Source: an uncultured Actinomycetes bacterium
GTDB lineage: Bacteria; Actinomycetota; Thermoleophilia; UBA2241
Length of the DNA: 64,000 bases
Direction: 5' to 3'
Assembly (NCBI GenBank): GCA_963709345.1
Contig: CAVPVX010000007.1
Location: forward strand, 64,001 to 128,000
The translations under genes and the position numbers were made by a program. Below the pieces are notes generated by a model, which searched no databases, had not been told where the DNA came from, and worked only from the letters and a program-made list of their open reading frames with translations. This document shows, piece by piece, positions 41,614 to 49,418 of the stretch; position 1 is the stretch's first letter; every line of letters begins with the position of its first letter.

Positions 41614-41687
41614 GGCGGTAGCCCAGCCGACTCGGGGAGTCCTGTGGCTTTGCGCCCCACCTTCGCAAGTGGTTTGCCCTTTGCGCC
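41614..41687 (-). ncRNA. c-di-GMP-I (GEMM-I) riboswitch aptamer
   Basis: GGCGCAAAGGGCAAACCACTT-GCGA-AGGTGGGGCGCAAAGCCACAGG...GGGCTACCGCC matches the GEMM-I hallmarks GGCAAACC, GNRA loop, GCAAAGCC and GGGyTACC. Confidence 0.9.
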
Positions 41688-41728
41688 TTCCCTCCTATAG
41701 TGCCTCCTCGCCGGTTTCCTAGACACAT

Positions 41729-41755
41729 ACTTCGGCAGTTCGCCGCAACTCTTTA
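41729..41755 (-). promoter_or_regulatory. sigma28/WhiG-type promoter of the riboswitch-pilA unit (TAAA-N15-GCCGAAGT)
   Basis: Direct match with canonical 15-nt spacing, about 40 nt upstream of the aptamer. Confidence 0.75.
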
Positions 41756-41820
41756 CTGTTCTGACAACACTCTGCCCCACGCGGTGCGCCGCGGACTAGG
41801 ACGAACGTCTAGGGAGCGTC

Positions 41821-42562
41821 TCAGAAGACCTTGCGGCCGAGCACTTCCTTGAGCCGCCCGAGCGCCTTGATGCGACTCGCGCGAGACCTTCTTCTGCGTG
41901 AGCCCCAGCTCCTCCGCCACCTCGCTCTGCGTGAGGTCCTTGAAGAAGAGGAGGTAGATGAGCCGCCTCTGGAAGGCGGAGAGCCGGTCCATGGCCGCGT
42001 ACAGCGAGATGCGGTCCTCTATGGGGAGCGCGAACGACGCCTGGCGGACCGAGTGCACCATGCCCGGGTCGGCCTCGGCCTGGAGCTCGTCCGGTGTGAA
42101 CGGCTCGTCCTGACTGTGGAGCTGGATGCGCGAGTAGAGGTTCATCACCTCGAGGATGCCGGCCTCGTTGATGTTCAGCGCCTCGGCGAGCTCGGCCACC
42201 TCCGGCGGCCGGCCGAGCTTGTGCGAGAGCTCGCTGGATTTCCCCTGGATCTGGCCGTACACCTTCTTGACCCAGCGCGGCTGGCGCAGCAGCAGCGAGT
42301 CGCGCAGGTGGTGACGCAGCTCGCCGTCCACGATCGCCGTGGCGTAGGTGCTGAAGCGCACGCCGCGCCGCGCGTCGAAGCGCTGGGCCGCCTTGATCAG
42401 GCCGAGATTGGCGACCTGCAGCAGATCCTCGTAGGGCTCGCTCGCGTACGAGAAGCGCTTGAGGATGTGGTGCAGCAGGTTCTGGTTGCGGCGCACGACC
42501 TGGTCGAGCGCCGCCGGTGAGCCCGTCTCCGCGTAGGCGGCGAGGAGCTGCTCGTTCTCCAC
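41821..42562 (-). CDS. SigB/SigF/SigG-family RNA polymerase sigma factor embedded in the pilus operon (one +1 indel near the C-terminus)
   Basis: EDLLQVANLGLIKAAQRFD..RGVRFSTYA, LGRPP...ELAE.L, LTQSEVAEELGLTQKKVSR; removing one base near 41872 gives IKALGRLKEVLGRKVF*. Confidence 0.9.
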
Positions 42563-42577
42563 GCCACCCCCCGGGGT

Positions 42578-43792
42578 CTACTTGACGATGTTCATCATGT
42601 TGAAGATCGGCAGGTACATCGAGATCACGACGGTGCCGACGATGACGCCGACGCCGAGCATGAGGATGGGCTCGAGGATCGACGTGAGCGACTTGATGCT
42701 CGCGTTGACCTCGTCCTCGTAGAAGTCGGCGATCTTGCTCAGCATCGCATCGAGCGAGCCGGTCTCCTCCCCCACCGAGATCATCTGCGTGACCATGGGG
42801 GGGAACACCGAGACACTGGCTCAACGGCTCGGTGATGGACTGGCCCTCCTTGACGCTGGTCTGGACGTTGACCATCGCGTCCTCGATGACCACGTTGCCG
42901 GCCGCCTGGCCGGTGATCTCGATGGCCTGGAGGATGGGCACGCCGGAGCTGACGAGCGTGCCCAGTGTGCGCGAGAAGCGCGCCACGGCCAGCTTGCGCA
43001 CGATCTCGCCGATGCCCATGGGCACGTGCAGCTTGAAGCGGTCCCACACGTGCTGGCCGCGATCCGTGTGCTTGAGGCGGATCAGGCCCCAGATGAGGGC
43101 GATGATCGCCAGCGAAGACGATCAGCGCCCCACCAGCTGCGGAACACGCCCGAGATGCTCACCATGATCCGCGTGAGCAGCGGCAGCTGCGCGTCGCCGA
43201 GATCCTTGTACATGCCCGCGAAGATCGGGATCAGGAACAGCACCATGCCGATGAGCACCAGGATCGCGAAGCTGCCGATGAGCACCGGGTACACCATCGC
43301 CGACTTGACGGCGCGGCGGATCGCGTCTTCCTTCTCGAGTTGCTCGGCGAGGCGGTTGAGCACCTCGTCGAGGATGCCGCCGATCTCGCCGGCCCGGACC
43401 ATGCTGACGTAGAGCCGGCTGAAGACCTTGGGGTGCTTCTCCAGTGCGTCCGAGAGGCTGATGCCGGCCTCCACGTCCGCGCGGATCTGGCCGATGACCA
43501 CGGCGAACTTCTTGTTCGGCGTCTGCTCCTCGAGCACGTAGAGGCAGCGCAGCATCGAGAGGCCCGAGTTGACCATGGTCGCGAACTGGCGCGAGAAGAC
43601 GGTGAGATCCTTGGCCTTGATGCGGCCGCCGATCTGGATGCTGCCCAGCCCCTGCTTGACCTCGTTGAGGTCGAGCACGGTGAAGCCCTTGTTGCGCAGC
43701 GCCGCGGCAGCGGCGACCTTGGTCTCGCCCTCGATCTCGCCGCTGGCCTGGGTGCCGCGGGCGTCGAGCGCCTTGTAGGTGAAGTTAGCCAT
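42578..43792 (-). CDS. pilC: Type IV pilus platform protein PilC (three indels)
   Basis: FSRQFATMVNSGL, MVRAGEIGG.L, AMVYP; ARFSRTLGTLVSSGVP; FPPMVTQMISVGEETG.LD, LEP, MYLPIF. Confidence 0.9.
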
Positions 43793-43865
43793 TGCTCCCT
43801 TGACGCCCCCTTGGCGGCCGGTCATCCCGGCGCGCCCTTCGACGACTGGCGTTCACTTGTCTCTC

Positions 43866-43892
43866 TTATCGGCCCCGGCCGCGAATCCTGCA
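43866..43892 (-). promoter_or_regulatory. sigma28/WhiG-type promoter of pilC (TGCA-N15-GCCGATAA)
   Basis: Perfect sigma28 -10 octamer in the pilT-pilC gap; degenerate -35. Confidence 0.65.
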
Positions 43893-43896
43893 GCGC

Positions 43897-44979
<1,083 letters not shown>

Positions 44980-45007
44980 TTCCTCACACGCAGGTTGCCA
45001 GATCGGA

Positions 45008-46969
45008 TCAGATGATCACGCGGGCGATCTCTTCCACCGAAGTCATGCCGAGCAGCACCTTGTCGATGCCGTCCTCGCGCAGTGACTTCATCCCCTCAGC
45101 CGCGGCCACGCGGCTGATCTCGTCCGCGCTCTTGCGTTCGACCGTCAGCCTGCGGATGGCCTCGCTGACGATCATCACTTCGTAGAGCCCCAGCCGGCCC
45201 TTGTAGCCCGTACTGTTGCACCTCGAGCAGCCTTTTGCACGGTGCAGAACGACGTCATCCCGGTCACAAACCTCGGGCGGAAAATCGTTCTTGCGCAGCA
45301 TCTCCTTGGTGGCCGTGTAAGGCTCCTTGCAGTTGGAGCACAGACGCCGTGCCAGGCGCTGCGCCAACACGGCGTCGACCGCCGACGACGTCAGGAAGGG
45401 TTCGATGCCCATCTCCGTGAGGCGCGAGAGCGCCCCGGGGGCGTCGTTGGTGTGCAGCGTGCTCAGGACGAGGTGGCCGGTGAGCGCCGACTCGACGGCG
45501 ATCTGCGCCGTCTCGCGGTCGCGGATCTCGCCGACCATCACGATGTCTGGGTCGCAGCGCAGGATCGAGCGCAGCGCCGCGGCGAAGGTCATGCCGGCGC
45601 GCGTGTTCACCTGCACCTGGTTGATGCCGGTGAGGCGGTACTCCACCGGGTCCTCGACCGTGATGATGTTCTTCTCGGGATTGTTGAGGATGTTCAGCGC
45701 CGCGTAGAGCGTGGTCGACTTGCCGGAGCCCGTGGGCCCGGTGACGAGGATCGCGCCGTACGGCTTGGTGAACGACTTCTGGAAGCGTTTGAGCGCCTTC
45801 TCGCTGAAGCCCAGGTCCTCGAGGTTGAGCATCACGTTGCTCTTGTCGAGGAGGCGCATGACGACCTTCTCGCCGTACACCGTCGGCAGCGTGGCCACAC
45901 GCATGTCGATGGGCTTGCCGCCGACGATGAGCCCCATGCGGCCGTCCTGCGGAACGCGGCGCTCGGCGATGTCGAGCTCGGCCATGATCTTGAGGCGGCT
46001 CAGCACGCCGGCCTGCATGCGTCTCGGGATCGACATGATCTCGTGGAGCACGCCGTCGATGCGGAAGCGGATCACGAGCTCCTTCGCCTGGGGCTCGAAG
46101 TGGATGTCGCTGGCCCCGTCGTCCACGGACTGCGCGATCACGGAGTTCACCAGCTTGATGATCGGCGCCTCGTCGGTCGCGTCACGGATGTCGGTGAGCG
46201 ACTCCTCAGCCATCTCCGCCTGCGCCTGCTCGTCGGCGCTCTCGCCGATGTCGGCTCTGGAGCGGTAGATGCGCGCGATCGCCGTGTACACGTCCTCCTC
46301 GCTGGCGATCGCCGGCTGGATCTGGAACCCGGTGATGATCGCGAGGTCGTCGCGGGCCTGCAGGTTCTGCGGGTCGACCATCGCCACCAGCAGCGTGCCG
46401 TCGTCGAGGAAGCGCACCGGCAGCGCCCCGTAGCGGCGCGCCAGCTTCTCGTCGATGTAGGCGGTCGCGGCGCCGTCGAAGCGGGTCGCCGTGAGGTCGA
46501 GGAAGCTGACGCCGAACTTGCTCGCCAGCGCCTTGCTCAGATCCAGCTGCGTGACGATCCCGTCCTCGAGCAGGATCTGGCCCAGACGCTTGCGCGTCTC
46601 TTTCTGGCGGGAGAGCGCCTGCGTGACCTGCTCCTCGGTCACGAGGCCCATCTCTTTGAGGATGTCGCCGAGACGCAGCTTGCTGGTGCGTTCGCTGCGC
46701 ACGATGCTCTCAAGGACGTCGTCTGCCGTCACCGCATGGGGCTCCTCGCCGCCGGGCACGGACTCGGCGGCCGGCGTCCCGTTCCCGCCGGCCGGGCCCG
46801 CGTCTTCCCGGAGGAAGTCGTCCACGGCGTCGCCGACGGCGACGACCGTTGGGGCCGCGTCCTTGGGTCGTTCGGCCGATCCCATGAGCGGTTCCAGCTC
46901 GTCTCCTCCGTCGCCGGTCAGAATGCCTCTGCCGGTACTGTCGGTCACTCTGTCATCATCGGACTGCAT
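45008..46969 (-). CDS. pilB: Type IV pilus assembly ATPase PilB with a putative MshEN-type N-terminal domain
   Basis: RLGDIL...GLV..EQ...AL..Q and RLGQIL..GI (MshEN-like), ASDIHFEP, GPTGSGKST, LRCDPD, CSNC/CSRC zinc motifs. Confidence 0.95.
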   Translation of the reverse strand: MQSDDDRVTDSTGRGILTGDGGDELEPLMGSAERPKDAAPTVVAVGDAVDDFLREDAGPAGGNGTPAAESVPGGEEPHAVTADDVLESIVRSERTSKLRLGDILKEMGLVTEEQVTQALSRQKETRKRLGQILLEDGIVTQLDLSKALASKFGVSFLDLTATRFDGAATAYIDEKLARRYGALPVRFLDDGTLLVAMVDPQNLQARDDLAIITGFQIQPAIASEEDVYTAIARIYRSRADIGESADEQAQAEMAEESLTDIRDATDEAPIIKLVNSVIAQSVDDGASDIHFEPQAKELVIRFRIDGVLHEIMSIPRRMQAGVLSRLKIMAELDIAERRVPQDGRMGLIVGGKPIDMRVATLPTVYGEKVVMRLLDKSNVMLNLEDLGFSEKALKRFQKSFTKPYGAILVTGPTGSGKSTTLYAALNILNNPEKNIITVEDPVEYRLTGINQVQVNTRAGMTFAAALRSILRCDPDIVMVGEIRDRETAQIAVESALTGHLVLSTLHTNDAPGALSRLTEMGIEPFLTSSAVDAVLAQRLARRLCSNCKEPYTATKEMLRKNDFPPEVCDRDDVVLHRAKGCSRCNSTGYKGRLGLYEVMIVSEAIRRLTVERKSADEISRVAAAEGMKSLREDGIDKVLLGMTSVEEIARVII

Positions 46970-47795
46970 CTCGCATCACTTCCAGCGGCGCCGGCATGCC
47001 CGTCCACAGCGTGAACGCCTCGGCGGCCTGCCTCACCAGCATCTCGACGCCGTCGACCACCGTGGCCCCGCGAGCCCGCGCCACAGCGAGCAAGTCGGTC
47101 GGCGCGGTGGTGTATACCGCATCGAAGACGATTTGCCCCGCCGTTACAGTATCGGCCAGCAGCGCAGGGACTTTACCTTCGCCCGGCATCCCCAGCGGCG
47201 TCGCGTTGACCACCACCCGGTGCGCCGCGACGTCGGCGGCCGTCAGCGAAGACAACGCCTGGATCCGGCACACGGCGCCCGGAACGCCTGCGGCCATCAA
47301 CTCCACGAGACGCTCGGCCGCTCCGGGAGTGCGGTTGACGAGCGTGAGCGCGGCGCCCATGCGCGCCAGCGCCAGCGCCGCGGCCCGCGCCGCTCCTCCG
47401 GCGCCGAGGATCAGCGCCGGCTCGCCGCGCAGCGTGTCTCCCACGACCTCCGCCAAGGCTCCTCGCACGCCCTCCACATCGGTGTTGGACCCGCTAAGGC
47501 GGCCGTCGTCCACAACGATCGTGTTCACGGCCTCCACGATCCGCGCGTCCCCGGTCACCTCATCCAGATAGGGAAGGACGGCGCCCTTGTGCGGGATGGT
47601 GACGTTGGCGCCGCGGCAGCCCAGGGCCGCGAGGCCCCGCATCGCGGCGCCGACGCCGGCGGCGCGTACCGAGAAGGGCACGTAGACGTAGTCGAGTCCA
47701 AGCGCCTCGAAGGCGGCGTTGTGGAGCCGCGGCGACAGCGAGTGCGCTACGGGGTCGCCGATGATGCCGATGACCTGTGTGGTGCCCGTGACCGT
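46956..47795 (-). CDS. aroE: Shikimate dehydrogenase (apparent ACG start)
   Basis: In-frame upstream of the ORF call: VTGTTQVIGIIGDPVAHSLSPRLHN; then NVTIPHK, AVNT, NTDVEG, GAGGAARA, NATPLGM. Confidence 0.93.
   Translation of the reverse strand, partial: TVTGTTQVIGIIGDPVAHSLSPRLHNAAFEALGLDYVYVPFSVRAAGVGAAMRGLAALGCRGANVTIPHKGAVLPYLDEVTGDARIVEAVNTIVVDDGRLSGSNTDVEGVRGALAEVVGDTLRGEPALILGAGGAARAAALALARMGAALTLVNRTPGAAERLVELMAAGVPGAVCRIQALSSLTAADVAAHRVVVNATPLGMPGEGKVPALLADTVTAGQIVFDAVYTTAPTDLLAVARARGATVVDGVEMLVRQAAEAFTLWTGMPAPLEVMRDAVR
47149..47175 (-). promoter_or_regulatory. sigma28/WhiG-type promoter for pilB located inside aroE (TAAA-N15-GCCGATAC)
   Basis: Near-perfect consensus about 180 nt upstream of the pilB start. 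Confidence 0.7.
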
Positions 47796-47880
47796 GGTGG
47801 CCCCCTCAATTCCGCGCCGGACCGTGCCGGGCGCCCTCTACCATTAGTCGCGCCCCGTCACGCTCCTGCCCGGCGGCGCC

Positions 47881-49038
47881 TCAATCGGCGTTGGCGTTCG
47901 CGTTCGCCTTCGCCTGGTCGGCGAGGAACTGATCGTACGACGTGGAGAAGTAGTGCCGCCCCGTGCCGTCGTTGCGAGCCACATAGTAGAGGTAGTCCAC
48001 ATCCGCCGGGTCCGCCGCCGCCCGAAGCGCGGCCTTGCCGGGGTTGGAGATCGGCGTGGGCGGCAGGCCCTCATGCTTGTAGGTGTTGTACGGTGAGTCG
48101 ATCTTGAGGTCGTCGAAGGTGAGCAGCGGCTTGGTCTCGCCGAGGGCGTACTGGATCGTGGCGTCGATCTGCAGGAGCATGCCCTTGCGGAGCCGGTTCC
48201 AGATGACCGCCGCCACCACAGGGCGCTCCGCCGCGACCATAGCCTCGCGGTCGATCATCGAGGCGATGATCACCACGTCGTACTCGGTGAGGTTGGCCGC
48301 CTTGGCCCGCGCCAGGTCGATCTTGTCGAAGTTCGCCGTGAACGCGTCGAGTTGCGTGGCGACCATGCTCCTTGCCTTGGCCTTCGGGTCCACCTCGTAG
48401 GTCGCCGGGAACAGCATGCCTTCGAGCGTCACGCCCTTCTTGTAGCCCTGCAACTCGAAAGGCTGCGGATCGTCGCGCGCCGCCGTGAGGTACTTGCCGG
48501 CGGTGATCGACGGGACTCCCTCGGCGACGATCGCCGCCGCCTGCTCGAGCGTCGTTCCTTCGGGGATCGAGACCTTGACCGAGGGCGGCTTGACCCCCTG
48601 CAGGAGCTTGGCAACAAGCTCGGGATACGGCTCGTTGACGCGCAATGTGTAAGTGCCGGGCATGAAGCGCGTGGCGTAGCCGTCGGACTCGGCCCTGATC
48701 ACGAACGCGCGCGCGTGCTTGACGACGCCCTTGTCCTCGAGCTGGGCGGCGATGCTGCCGAGGTTCTCGCCCTCCTTGACGACGACGGTCACGGTGGCCC
48801 CGATCTCACCGTCCGAGAAGTAGGCGCGGGCGTAGCCGACACCAAGGCCGAGGACCAGGGAGAGGATCGCGACGAGGAGGTACCCGAGCAGCCGGCCGCG
48901 CCGGCGCCGCTTGCCGGACCCGCGCCGGCTCGACTGGCGGCGCTCGAACCCGGGATCGTCGCCGACGAACGACATCTCGGATCGGTAGATGGAGCGGCGC
49001 GCCTGCGGCGCGCCCTCTTCCTCATGATATCCGGTCAT
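47881..49038 (-). CDS. mltG: Endolytic transglycosylase MltG (YceG)
   Basis: TM helix, IPEG, LEGMLFPATY, IASMIDRE, NRL...M.LQIDAT, SPYNTY..GLPPTPISNPG. Confidence 0.93.
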   Translation of the reverse strand: MTGYHEEEGAPQARRSIYRSEMSFVGDDPGFERRQSSRRGSGKRRRRGRLLGYLLVAILSLVLGLGVGYARAYFSDGEIGATVTVVVKEGENLGSIAAQLEDKGVVKHARAFVIRAESDGYATRFMPGTYTLRVNEPYPELVAKLLQGVKPPSVKVSIPEGTTLEQAAAIVAEGVPSITAGKYLTAARDDPQPFELQGYKKGVTLEGMLFPATYEVDPKAKARSMVATQLDAFTANFDKIDLARAKAANLTEYDVVIIASMIDREAMVAAERPVVAAVIWNRLRKGMLLQIDATIQYALGETKPLLTFDDLKIDSPYNTYKHEGLPPTPISNPGKAALRAAADPADVDYLYYVARNDGTGRHYFSTSYDQFLADQAKANANANAD

Positions 49039-49417
49039 CCGCCATCCTGAGATAGTCCTCGAGCAGCGTGGCCGCCGCGCGCGCATCGCGCGCCGCGCTG
49101 CCGCCGCGCTGGTCGGCAAGCGTGGACGTGAAACGCTCGTCGAACAGATCGACGGGCACGTCGAGGGCGGCGGCCAGCCGGTCCGCGAAGGCCCGGGCCA
49201 GACGCGCCTGCCCATGCTCGCCGCCGTCGAGCGACAGCGGCAAGCCTACCACGACGCGTCCGGGCTTCTCAGCCTCCACCAGCACCAGAAGCGCGGCGAA
49301 GCCGGCGTCGGTGCCCACACGCTCCACGACCGTGAGCGGCCGCGCCAACGTCCCCGTCTCGTCGGAGACGGCGACGCCGGTGCGCACCGTGCCGTGGTCC
49401 AGGGCGAGGACCTTCAC
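49022..49417 (-). CDS. ruvX: Pre-16S rRNA maturation nuclease YqgF/RuvX
   Basis: LALDHG..RTGVAVSD, VVGLP, DERFTS, DARAAA.LL. Confidence 0.92.
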   Translation of the reverse strand: MKVLALDHGTVRTGVAVSDETGTLARPLTVVERVGTDAGFAALLVLVEAEKPGRVVVGLPLSLDGGEHGQARLARAFADRLAAALDVPVDLFDERFTSTLADQRGGSAARDARAAATLLEDYLRMADDRIS

Positions 49418-49418
49418 C

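Noticed and set aside
41614-41687. 3',3'-cGAMP-specific (GEMM-Ib) riboswitch variant
   Set aside because: The position equivalent to Vc2 G20 is G (AGGGCAAACC), not A, which indicates c-di-GMP preference.
41753-41820. C-terminal extension of the embedded sigma factor as given in the ORF track
   Set aside because: It results from a +1 indel; the corrected frame ends with a normal region 4 helix at TGA 41821-41823, and the extension would run into the pilA promoter.
38860-43130. Slipped-strand phase variation of pilus genes
   Set aside because: Most indels are not in homopolymer or repeat tracts and are too many for a reversible switch.
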